Below are positions 26,200 to 34,888 of a stretch of 64,000 nucleotides of DNA, in pieces (position 1 is the first letter of the stretch; every line of letters begins with the position of its first letter). Where the stretch lies: positions 394 through 64,393 of IMG/VR virus record IMGVR_UViG_3300026549_002518; one strand, 5' to 3'. The position numbers and the translations under genes were made by a program. Source of the DNA: a virus. Its lineage: Duplodnaviria > Caudoviricetes. The notes beneath the pieces were generated by a model. The model worked only from the letters and a program-made list of their open reading frames with translations, was not told the DNA's origin and ran no database searches.

Positions 26200-26708
26200 A
26201 GATAGAAAAAACCATTGTCACGCTGGTATTGACGACCTGTTGGCTGTTGATGCCGGTAATAGGATATAATGCCACCGCACCGGTAGAGAACCATCTGCTA
26301 TACCTGTTGTGCCATGCAAACTTTTGGCACTTGGCTGGCAACCTCTTTGTGCTGTGGCTGATACCTGGGCGTAAGCTGTGGATAGTGCCGTCGGTGGCTA
26401 TTGCTGTACTATGCTCATGGGCACCGGTACTTCATGGCTTGTGGGAGCTGTGCGGAAGACCGGCAGACCCTACCACCATGACGGTAGGTTTTTCCGGTGT
26501 GCTTATGGCTATTGTCGGCATACTGTGGGGAAGATGGGGCAGGGAAGAACAGCGCAACGGCCGCAAGCACTGGCAGATATGGAGCAAGGCATGTGTGAAA
26601 CTGTTGCCGGTAATCGCCATCGGTGCTATACTCCCTGGGTTAAACTGGTCCATCCATCTGTATTGTGTCGTAGCTGGTTGTGCCTATGGCTATATCACAA
26701 AACGATAA
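26187..26708 (+). CDS. Rhomboid-family intramembrane serine protease
   Basis: Multiple TM helices; HANFWHLAGN (HxxxxHxxxN), VGFSG (GxSG catalytic Ser), C-terminal SIHLYC His; likely start MSRIKIEK at 26187. Confidence 0.8.
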   Translation: MSRIKIEKTIVTLVLTTCWLLMPVIGYNATAPVENHLLYLLCHANFWHLAGNLFVLWLIPGRKLWIVPSVAIAVLCSWAPVLHGLWELCGRPADPTTMTVGFSGVLMAIVGILWGRWGREEQRNGRKHWQIWSKACVKLLPVIAIGAILPGLNWSIHLYCVVAGCAYGYITKR

Positions 26709-28962
26709 AACCACCGATACGGCTGAGGCCGTCAACAGTAGTCTTAACGCCAAGACTACTGCAGCGTTTGTTCTTGCCCTTGTGCGAGAGAACCTACGTA
26801 GGAACAGAGAGATTTTCGAAGGCTACAATCCCATCACCGGTAAGGGATGCCCAGGAGAGCGTAAAAAGATAGTCATTGACGACTGTCCGGTACGTAAGAT
26901 GCTGATGCCTGTACGCTGTGCAGAGCATAACGTTGAGCTGAGAAAGATTATCAAGCGCCGGAGCATCAGGGCATATATTGAGCAAGACCTGCACGCAGAG
27001 TTTACGGACGAGATGTACCAAGACGTGGTATACATGATATTCCGTATACGCTCTGTGGAAGACCCAGCTTTTGCCTTTATCATGTTCTATGAGATACAGA
27101 ACAAGATAACCGGTGAGATGAAACCTTTCTCGCTGAACTATCCACAGCGCCTTGTGCTCGCAGAGCTGGAAGATATGCGTTTCAAGGGACAGCCTATCCG
27201 ACTTATCATCCTAAAAGCACGCCAGTGGGGAGGTAGTACGCTGTCAGAAGGCTATGAGAAATGGATGCAGGACTTTCGTCATCCTAACGGTTGGGGTATG
27301 GTTATCCTTGCCCATGTGAAGGATGCTACCAAGCGTATCAAGGCTATGTTTACCAAGATGGTACAGAACCAGCCTGGCTGGAGCATAGGCGAGAAAACCG
27401 ACCGACTGAAACTTGGCAGCTATCAGGACTCAAAGTCAGACTTTATTGTTAAGAACCAGCACGATGAAGAACTTGGTTTCCGTCTGATCTCCGTAGGTTC
27501 ATACGAAAAATACGACTCCCTGCGTTCCGCAGATACGAAGATGGCACACTATTCGGAGGTGGCTTACTGGAAGAAGACCACGGAGAAAGAGCCGGAAGAG
27601 GTGCTGTCGTCAATCGACGGTGGTATACCGATGGAGCCGGACACAGTGGAGATTATGGAGTCTTCCGGACGCAGCTCTGCAGGATTCTTCCCCGATATGT
27701 ACCGCAGAGCGAAAGACCCTGCACTGCCATCAGCATGGCGGGCCATCTTTATTGCGTTCTTTCAGATTGAGAACGACCGAAAAGAGCTTAATGACAAGTG
27801 GCCGAATATCTATGGTAAAGGTATTCCTTGGCGTAAGGTTGAGGAAGACGACGGATATATGGCGCTGGCGGCAGAGTTTGCACAGTGGCTGTATGACAAT
27901 AAGAACAATGACCAGTGTCCGGAAGGATGGCAGGAAAGCGGTAAGTTCTTTTGGCAGCTATGGGACAAGGGCGCAACCTTTGAGGCTATCAACTGGTATC
28001 GCCACCGTCGTAACACGTTCCGCAGTCATACGTATATTGCCACTGAGGCGCCCAGCGACGATGTGGAAGCGTTCAGAGCATCCGGCAACCTTATCTTTGA
28101 TATGTATGCTGTTGAGGCGCTGAGGCGTCACAAAGACCTTGGGCAGAAGCAGCCCATCTTTATCGGGAACATCACCGGCAATGTGGCCAAAGGCTATGAA
28201 GCCATCAATAGTGCCAAGCTGGTGAACCTTGTCGGTGATGGGGAGATATTGAAGATATGGAAGCATCCCGACTGTTTGAAGGTGTCTAACCGCTATGTTG
28301 TCAGCGTGGATATTGGCGGCCGTAGCAAGAAAGCTGACTTTACCGTGATGACGGTGATAGACCGTTTTGGCATGATGCCAGGAGTGAACGGCAAACCCAA
28401 GGTGGTAGCACGCTGGCGTGGCCATATCCGTCACGACCTGCTGGCATGGAAGGCCGCACAGCTCGCACACTACTATAACGATGCTTTGTTGGTCTTTGAG
28501 AGCAATACCGCAGAGACAGAGAAAGGGAAGATAGACACCGAGGGTGACCACCTGGGAACCATCCTCGACGAGATAGCCGACTACTATCCCAACCTGTATA
28601 TCCGTGAATCCAGCTATGATGACGTGCAGCAGAAATGGGTCAACAAATTCGGCTTCCAGACGAACAGGCTTACCAAGCAGTATGTTATCGACAACTATAT
28701 CGCATACGTGGACGATCAGCTGTATGAAGAGCCTGACGAACAATGCTACGATGAAATGACCATCTATGAGCGTCACGAAGACGGCAGCATCGGTAATGTA
28801 GAAGGAAAGGATGCCGCAGGCAATGACGCCCACGACGATATAGTAATGTCAACAGGTATCGGCCTGTATATCTCACAGACGCAGATGGAAGCACCGGCAT
28901 GGATAAGGAAAAGCGGACAAGCCGCCTATACGATGCGTGCCGGCACAGAGGCAGACGTATAA
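26680..28962 (+). CDS. terL: Terminase large subunit
   Basis: LKARQWGGST Walker A, HYSEVAYW Walker B-like, IMESSG, VSVDIGG nuclease Asp, HDDIVMS. Confidence 0.9.
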   Translation: MPMAISQNDKTTDTAEAVNSSLNAKTTAAFVLALVRENLRRNREIFEGYNPITGKGCPGERKKIVIDDCPVRKMLMPVRCAEHNVELRKIIKRRSIRAYIEQDLHAEFTDEMYQDVVYMIFRIRSVEDPAFAFIMFYEIQNKITGEMKPFSLNYPQRLVLAELEDMRFKGQPIRLIILKARQWGGSTLSEGYEKWMQDFRHPNGWGMVILAHVKDATKRIKAMFTKMVQNQPGWSIGEKTDRLKLGSYQDSKSDFIVKNQHDEELGFRLISVGSYEKYDSLRSADTKMAHYSEVAYWKKTTEKEPEEVLSSIDGGIPMEPDTVEIMESSGRSSAGFFPDMYRRAKDPALPSAWRAIFIAFFQIENDRKELNDKWPNIYGKGIPWRKVEEDDGYMALAAEFAQWLYDNKNNDQCPEGWQESGKFFWQLWDKGATFEAINWYRHRRNTFRSHTYIATEAPSDDVEAFRASGNLIFDMYAVEALRRHKDLGQKQPIFIGNITGNVAKGYEAINSAKLVNLVGDGEILKIWKHPDCLKVSNRYVVSVDIGGRSKKADFTVMTVIDRFGMMPGVNGKPKVVARWRGHIRHDLLAWKAAQLAHYYNDALLVFESNTAETEKGKIDTEGDHLGTILDEIADYYPNLYIRESSYDDVQQKWVNKFGFQTNRLTKQYVIDNYIAYVDDQLYEEPDEQCYDEMTIYERHEDGSIGNVEGKDAAGNDAHDDIVMSTGIGLYISQTQMEAPAWIRKSGQAAYTMRAGTEADV

Positions 28963-28966
28963 AAAA

Positions 28967-28988
28967 CCCGACAGGCGAACCCGTCGGG
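28967..28988. terminator. Bidirectional terminator between convergent terL and terS-like genes
   Basis: cccgacagg-cgaa-cccgtcggg stem flanked by A-runs. Confidence 0.55.
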
Positions 28989-29017
28989 CGACAAAAGCAG
29001 ACGTATGATAACGGCAA

Positions 29018-29308
29018 CTACAGGTCGTCATCCCATTGGCTGGCGATGCCTATTAGTTTCTTGAAGTTGGTCTCGTTTACCGTCAGGTCAGCTTCGATAG
29101 GTTTGGGGACAATCATCTTTGACAGCTCTATAGAGAGGTTGACAAATTTGGACCGATGTTCCTGGTTGCTGGCAGACTCTTTGGCATAGAATATAAAAGC
29201 ATCCCGAAACTCTTCCTGAGTCTCGCCAAGAAGTCCTTTGATAAACTCCTTTTGGTCTTTGCCAATCTTATTCTGTGAACCAAGTGGACGGCCAGCTTTT
29301 TTTGCCAT
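29018..29308 (-). CDS. Putative terminase small subunit
   Basis: MAKKAGRPLGSQNK N-terminus and helical body typical of small TerS-like proteins. Confidence 0.5.
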   Translation of the reverse strand: MAKKAGRPLGSQNKIGKDQKEFIKGLLGETQEEFRDAFIFYAKESASNQEHRSKFVNLSIELSKMIVPKPIEADLTVNETNFKKLIGIASQWDDDL

Positions 29309-29320
29309 AGTCGTGAGATG

Positions 29321-29878
29321 TTATCCGAGGAATGTTACATGAGTAATGGAAGAACCCAGCCGGTCGTTGAGTGCTGCATTGATGTCATCATAGGCATCGT
29401 TGACCTGTTCCTGTAGGATGAGCAGGTACTTATCGTCCGGCAGGGCAACAGTGAGAAAAGCCAGTTCAACAAATTTCACGATATACAGGTGAACAGCATC
29501 ACGCAGGTTATCTGCAAGATGTGGCGGCCAGTTTTCGGGGAAGTGCAGGTAAAGGCTCTTTTCTTCCCACTTGTATACGTGGTTGGTGCTGATACGATGC
29601 ACAAAGGGCGACGGCAGCATCAGATAGGCCGTGCAGCGCTTCACAACCTTGTTGACAGCTGTGTCGATATTTCGTGCCAGCCGGTAGTCATCCTTTCCGT
29701 CACTGGCAAGGATAGGCGTTTCCAGCTTTCTTTGGCGCTCGATGGCCGTCAGGTCGGCTTCAATGTCATGGCGCAGCTCTTCATGCAGGAGTATCACCTC
29801 CACACGTTGAGGAAAGCCGGCCTTGACACCGGTCACCGGACACGGACGGTCACTGTTATGCAGGTGATGTGGGTACAT
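29321..29878 (-). CDS. Head-tail adaptor/ring-like protein, paralog 4
   Basis: Shares the P/D-x-R/N-W/F..L...A..Y-I/V pattern with the three upstream ORFs. Confidence 0.5.
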   Translation of the reverse strand: MYPHHLHNSDRPCPVTGVKAGFPQRVEVILLHEELRHDIEADLTAIERQRKLETPILASDGKDDYRLARNIDTAVNKVVKRCTAYLMLPSPFVHRISTNHVYKWEEKSLYLHFPENWPPHLADNLRDAVHLYIVKFVELAFLTVALPDDKYLLILQEQVNDAYDDINAALNDRLGSSITHVTFLG

Positions 29879-29881
29879 ATC

Positions 29882-30745
29882 TTATTCGTTTGGTGTTACA
29901 CGTACAGAGAACTTGGCAAAGACTTGGTCGTTATGCCGAGAGAACAGTGTGATAATAGAATAGCCGGTACGCACACCCTTGATACACCACTGTCCGTCAT
30001 TGTCGAAGCACGGCATACAACACGGATGGTCGGCACGTACCACAATATCGTCAATAGGTGCCACACCATTCTCGCCCGTCAGCGTATATGATATTTCCGA
30101 CATGTCACCCTCACTAATCATCCAAGGGTTGCCGTACAGCATTTCCGGTGTGATGATGTTTGTATTTTCCGGTGTGATAAAGCCAGGAATGTTCCCACGG
30201 TCGGGCAGGATGGGATAGTGAATGTCAATACGTGTTGGGAAACGGTACGTAGGAGCTTCCGGTGCTGTCTTTGTAAAGCATGCAAGAATACCGGCAAGGT
30301 CATCATCGGCCAATGAGAGATACAATGCTGAGAAATCCTTGCTTACAGGTGCCCACCACATGTGTATACATCTGTCTTCGACGTACTTTTGTGCCAGTCG
30401 TGCCAGTGTCTTCACATATCCGTTGTTGAAACGGTCGCTGACTTGCAGGAGAATATCGGTAGCACCATCAGTCTCTGTAGAGTCTACGGTGGCATCCTCT
30501 GCGATATTCCCGCCATTACCGGTGAGGTAATCGACAAACCACGTCTTCAGCTTCTCGATCTGCGAGAACATCAGACGGCCCAGCATGGCCTCATGGTACG
30601 CTTCATTACCGGCCGCCTCATGGTAGGCAGCGGTGATAAGCTTCTGGTCGACAGCCTTGTCGACGACGGCCTTCTGATACGTCTCATTCTTGATGGCGTT
30701 CAGTGCCAGCTGGTGAAGAATCTGAATCTTGATAGTCTTGCTCAT
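29882..30745 (-). CDS. Adaptor/ring-like paralog 3 with C-terminal Ig-like extension
   Basis: N-terminus MSKTIKIQI..AIKNETYQKA resembles the next ORF; beta-rich C-terminal domain. Confidence 0.5.
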   Translation of the reverse strand: MSKTIKIQILHQLALNAIKNETYQKAVVDKAVDQKLITAAYHEAAGNEAYHEAMLGRLMFSQIEKLKTWFVDYLTGNGGNIAEDATVDSTETDGATDILLQVSDRFNNGYVKTLARLAQKYVEDRCIHMWWAPVSKDFSALYLSLADDDLAGILACFTKTAPEAPTYRFPTRIDIHYPILPDRGNIPGFITPENTNIITPEMLYGNPWMISEGDMSEISYTLTGENGVAPIDDIVVRADHPCCMPCFDNDGQWCIKGVRTGYSIITLFSRHNDQVFAKFSVRVTPNE

Positions 30746-30750
30746 GGCTG

Positions 30751-31281
30751 TTAGTTGTTAGTTACCTGTCCTATCACGCTTGCATAAGAACCGGAAGCTG
30801 CAGCAGGAGCTGTCTTTGCCAAGCACAGACGGATATAGTTCAGCGTGTCTGCAGCCAGTGCGAAGTAGTCTTTGGCAAGGTCGGACTTGAACTGTTGCCA
30901 CCAGGCACCATCCATATTGTACACGATAAAGTCTTCTGCCAGTGATGCTAAGGGTTGTGCCAGTCCGCTGGCGTAACGGTCTGTGACAACAATAGTCATC
31001 GTAACATCGTTAGAAGAGTCAGACAGCGTATAGGTGATACTGCCATTTTCGTTGTCTACAAACTCGTTGAGCATGGTGGCAAAGCGGGCCAGTCCGGAAC
31101 GGAGGTGTCGCAACAGCTTACGCTCATGGTTGGTCTCGTCACCGGCAGCTTCTACATACGCAAGGGCGGCCTTGGCTACTGGGTTATCGGACTTGTCAGC
31201 TTGCGCACGCTGATAGGTGTCAGTCTTGACAGCTTCTATTATCAAGTCTTTCTTTAGATTAAGGGTGATTGTTTTCGACAT
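30751..31281 (-). CDS. Adaptor/ring-like paralog 2
   Basis: Likely start MSKTITLNLKK at 31281; VTDRYASGLAQPLASLAEDFIVYNMDGAWW motif. Confidence 0.5.
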   Translation of the reverse strand: MSKTITLNLKKDLIIEAVKTDTYQRAQADKSDNPVAKAALAYVEAAGDETNHERKLLRHLRSGLARFATMLNEFVDNENGSITYTLSDSSNDVTMTIVVTDRYASGLAQPLASLAEDFIVYNMDGAWWQQFKSDLAKDYFALAADTLNYIRLCLAKTAPAAASGSYASVIGQVTNN

Positions 31282-31294
31282 AATGGTAATAATT

Positions 31295-31759
31295 TTAATT
31301 AACTTCTGATGTAATATCCAAAGGACTTGTTGCCGTGCTTTCCGGAGCCTTCTTTTCTGTAGACATGCGTACAATGGCAGTCAGCTGGCTATTCATATCC
31401 TTTTCGTACTTCTCGCTGAGGCGTGGTGAGGTAACGATAAACCACGAATAGAGTGTATACGCTATACAATAGTTTTGACAAGCTTGGTTCAAGAAAAAGT
31501 CAAGATGTTCGTTCCACCGGCTATCAATGGTAAGCACAACACTGTCATTGTTGCCACCAGTAACGAACAAAGCTGTCTCGGTGGTGATATTCACCACGGC
31601 AAGGCGCAAGAAGTCTTTTACTATATCTTGTTCCTTAGTGCCCAGGGTGATGTCATTAAAAATCCTGTTGCCGTCTTCGTCGGTAGCTCTCTTACCGATG
31701 ACGGACAACGAACGCTCAACGAGGTCGTACAGGGCTGTATAGTCAAGTGTTATATTCAT
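31295..31759 (-). CDS. Adaptor/ring-like paralog 1
   Basis: Directly after portal; IDSRWNEHLDFFLNQACQNYCIAYTLYSWF motif. Confidence 0.5.
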   Translation of the reverse strand: MNITLDYTALYDLVERSLSVIGKRATDEDGNRIFNDITLGTKEQDIVKDFLRLAVVNITTETALFVTGGNNDSVVLTIDSRWNEHLDFFLNQACQNYCIAYTLYSWFIVTSPRLSEKYEKDMNSQLTAIVRMSTEKKAPESTATSPLDITSEVN

Positions 31760-31762
31760 ATC

Positions 31763-33814
31763 TTATACTGCTGTTGCATATTGTTGCTGTTGCTGTACAC
31801 GCATAAGCGGTTGGTCCGGTGACTGACGAGTATACAGGTTGCCACCACCCATCATTGCCTGTGTAGCCATAGCGGCCTGTTGCTGGTTAGCGCCAGGAAC
31901 CTGTACCGGTGCACCAGGCTGTTGACCTTGCTGTACCTGTGCCATATAGCTGTCAAAGTCCTGTAGGAGCTTTTCAGACATGGGGCTGTCATAGTTCTTA
32001 AGATAGGTACGTATGTCAAGACCTCTCTCCAGCAGCTTGTCAAGCATTTCGTTACCGAGCTGCAGGTAAGCAGCGCTGGCAGCAGAGTCCTTAATAGACA
32101 CACGGAACTTCACGTCACGGGCGGCATTGGCCTTGTAGAATACCTGATGCTCTGACTTCTCCGGCGTGATGTCACGGCCATCTTCATAGAACTGCTGCAT
32201 GGTAATGCACTTCTTCATAGCGCAGCGTTCCTTGAAGCTGGTAAACTTCTTGATAAGGGGATAGAGCGTGGTTGTGGCGTTTTGCGCTTCCGTGGCGTAG
32301 CGTGCATAGCTGGTGCCACTGTCCGGCTGTTTGCCCTGCAAAGCGCCCGATACTCCCGACACCTCATGGATCATGTTCAGCTGTAGCTGTAACATCTCCG
32401 TCTGTCCGAGATTAAAGGCAGAGTGTGTGAAGAACTCCGGCTTAGCACCTGTACGCATAGCCTTACGGTCGTCATAGACGTATACGGCATTGAAGCGTGA
32501 CTTCTGATTGGCATATTGCTCTTCCGTCATGCTGTCCGGCTTCAAGCTTAGTGGCAGGAATGTCATACCCTTTACGGCAGAGTTGATAGCGCTGTCACCG
32601 ACGGTCACCATACGGTTGATATATCTCTGCTGGTCACGGAAGAAACCCATAAAGGCATGTATCTCACCGTTGACGTATGGAAACAGAGAGCTGGAGAACG
32701 GATGAGACTTGTAGTCGTAAGGTGTCTCACCGGTACAAAGGATGCGGCCGTCAGGGGCCATAAAAGTGTATTGCCAGTATTTATCGACAATCTCCTTGGT
32801 GGTGATGTATGCGCGAGCTTCGACGGGTACACCCTGCTCTTCATACATGGCCTTGCGTTCCATATTTATATGTAATATGGCCGGAATATCCTTCTTCTCG
32901 ATACGGTAGTACTTCTCTATCTGATTGACAGCGATAGGGTCGTAGCACTGGTAGCGTGGCTTGACTTCCTCACGCCATACCTCAATGACTCTGCACAGAG
33001 AGGCATCAGACGGCTGGTAGAACGAGATGTTTTCCCTGCTGTGCGTCTCGTTATGTGTTGTGTAGGTTGCCCTGGTAGCCGGACCACCGTTCTGTGAGAT
33101 TGAATAGATACGGTCAAGCTCTTCAATGGTAAGACCGTATTCCTCTTTGGCAAAACGGAAATACAAGTCTTCACGGCTGATGTCATGCAAGCAGCCAATC
33201 ATGCGAATGTCACGATGGGCAGGGTCGTTACCGGCTTCCCAAAACATATAGTATGGGTTGATATAGTCGGTATAGCTGTCGTGCAACTCTTCTCGCTCTT
33301 CGTAGCACTCACGGGTAAACACCATACCGGAGATAAGATATTCTGCAAAAGCGGTGTCCAGCACCTCTGACATATAGGTGTTTTGCCAGTTGGTCTGCAA
33401 AGCCGACGACATCATATCCGACAATGCCTTGCTGTCTTCTGTGCGTGCATAGCATACCGGTTCTGTTTCCTGTTTGGCATGGAGTCCAAAGACAGTCATC
33501 CATAATGACACCATCACGTTATTCTTCAAGGGCACGCTACCCTGCATCTTGATCCATTCTTCTTCCGTGATGTTGCCAATGCCGTGGACGTTGACGTAAT
33601 CACCCCACTGGTTGCCGAACAGGTAGCGCAGATTGATGGCACGCTCTTCACGGACAGGCTCCTTGTTTATCCATGAGCGTACACACTCCGCAAGCAGTTC
33701 AAGGTCGTACTTTTCGGGGTGTACACCCTTACTTCGACGAGCCTGTGCAGTATCAAGGCGGTTGCCTTTTTGTAGCGGCTGCACATCGTTGAGTGTAAGT
33801 AGCGGTTTTGACAT
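31763..33814 (-). CDS. Portal protein (P22-like podovirus type), 683 aa
   Basis: Size; RYLFGNQW..PLKNN; PFFPY-like HPFSSSLFPYVNGEIH; DQQRYINR; Q-rich C-terminal barrel. Confidence 0.8.
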   Translation of the reverse strand: MSKPLLTLNDVQPLQKGNRLDTAQARRSKGVHPEKYDLELLAECVRSWINKEPVREERAINLRYLFGNQWGDYVNVHGIGNITEEEWIKMQGSVPLKNNVMVSLWMTVFGLHAKQETEPVCYARTEDSKALSDMMSSALQTNWQNTYMSEVLDTAFAEYLISGMVFTRECYEEREELHDSYTDYINPYYMFWEAGNDPAHRDIRMIGCLHDISREDLYFRFAKEEYGLTIEELDRIYSISQNGGPATRATYTTHNETHSRENISFYQPSDASLCRVIEVWREEVKPRYQCYDPIAVNQIEKYYRIEKKDIPAILHINMERKAMYEEQGVPVEARAYITTKEIVDKYWQYTFMAPDGRILCTGETPYDYKSHPFSSSLFPYVNGEIHAFMGFFRDQQRYINRMVTVGDSAINSAVKGMTFLPLSLKPDSMTEEQYANQKSRFNAVYVYDDRKAMRTGAKPEFFTHSAFNLGQTEMLQLQLNMIHEVSGVSGALQGKQPDSGTSYARYATEAQNATTTLYPLIKKFTSFKERCAMKKCITMQQFYEDGRDITPEKSEHQVFYKANAARDVKFRVSIKDSAASAAYLQLGNEMLDKLLERGLDIRTYLKNYDSPMSEKLLQDFDSYMAQVQQGQQPGAPVQVPGANQQQAAMATQAMMGGGNLYTRQSPDQPLMRVQQQQQYATAV

Positions 33815-33833
33815 ATAAGCTAACTTTTTGTTG

Positions 33834-33956
33834 CAAAGATAGGAGGGAAAGCGCCTTAATCATTCATAAAATTTCCTTATGACGGCCAAAAGTGCCAAAG
33901 CACAAACTGTGAAGGAAATTTTATGAAAGAAAGCATGCGCAAACCATTTAATTTTA
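33834..33956. promoter_or_regulatory. Divergent late promoters with 16-bp inverted repeat TTCATAAAATTTCCTT / AAGGAAATTTTATGAA
   Basis: IR at 33863-33878 and 33912-33927; each 21 bp from a -7 element (TATCTTTG on minus at 33834-33841; degenerate TAATTTTA on plus at 33949). Confidence 0.7.
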
Positions 33957-34018
33957 CAGCGAAATTTCAATAACCGCAACGAAAAGAGCGATTATCAACC
34001 ACATAAATATATAAGGAT

Positions 34019-34849
34019 ATGGCAAAAGACAAGAAGACAGACGAGGCACAGGCCCAAGAGCAAGCTCAGGCACAACAGCAGGAGCAGGCCCAGGAGCAGG
34101 CACCAGCCGCCCCACAGTCAGCCCGTGACCGTTACAGAAGTCGCTACAGTGCCGCCCATCCCGACATGAACCTGGACGATGAAGAAGCGTTCTACACACA
34201 GGCTAATGCCAACTTGGACGAGCTGGAAGACTTCCGTGAGAGCAACCGCCAACTGGGTGAGGCTTTCGACAAAGCACCCCTGTTGGCTGGTGTGGTACTT
34301 GCCGCCAAGGAGGGAGAGAATCCCTTTACCTATCTTGCTGAGAATATCGGCCCCGATATGGACATCAGGGAGCTTGCCAACAACCCCGAGTTTGGCACAA
34401 AGATGGGCGACGCCTTGGCCAAGTTCCAAGAGAAGCAGGCCGCAGACACCAAGCGTGCAAAGGAGATTGGCGACAACATGGAGCAAAGCTTTAACGCCTT
34501 AAAGGAGCTGCAACAGGAACGTGGCATGAGCGACGAGGACTGTATAGCCCTTGTCAAGCGACTTTTTGGAGAAGCTGACGAGAACGGTGAGCAGACCGAT
34601 GGCGGTATCATTGGCAATGCGTCGATGGGCATTGTACCCAAGGAGATTTGGGAAGCCGTGCTGAAAGCGCAGAACTATGACAGCGACATTGCATCAGCCA
34701 CCGAGAAGGCACGCGCCACTGCCCTTAATGAGAAGGTGCAGAACGGCTTGCGTGACTTTGGTACAGGCTTGCCACAGAGCATGACCACCAGCAGCACAGG
34801 TAAGAAGAAGGAAAAGAAGACTTCCAGCTTTGCTGACTGGGGAACATAA
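34019..34849 (+). CDS. Putative capsid scaffolding protein
   Basis: Acidic coiled-coil protein immediately upstream of the capsid gene. Confidence 0.6.
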   Translation: MAKDKKTDEAQAQEQAQAQQQEQAQEQAPAAPQSARDRYRSRYSAAHPDMNLDDEEAFYTQANANLDELEDFRESNRQLGEAFDKAPLLAGVVLAAKEGENPFTYLAENIGPDMDIRELANNPEFGTKMGDALAKFQEKQAADTKRAKEIGDNMEQSFNALKELQQERGMSDEDCIALVKRLFGEADENGEQTDGGIIGNASMGIVPKEIWEAVLKAQNYDSDIASATEKARATALNEKVQNGLRDFGTGLPQSMTTSSTGKKKEKKTSSFADWGT

Positions 34850-34888
34850 TCAGCCAACAATTTATTAACCACATAAAAATAGTGAAAA

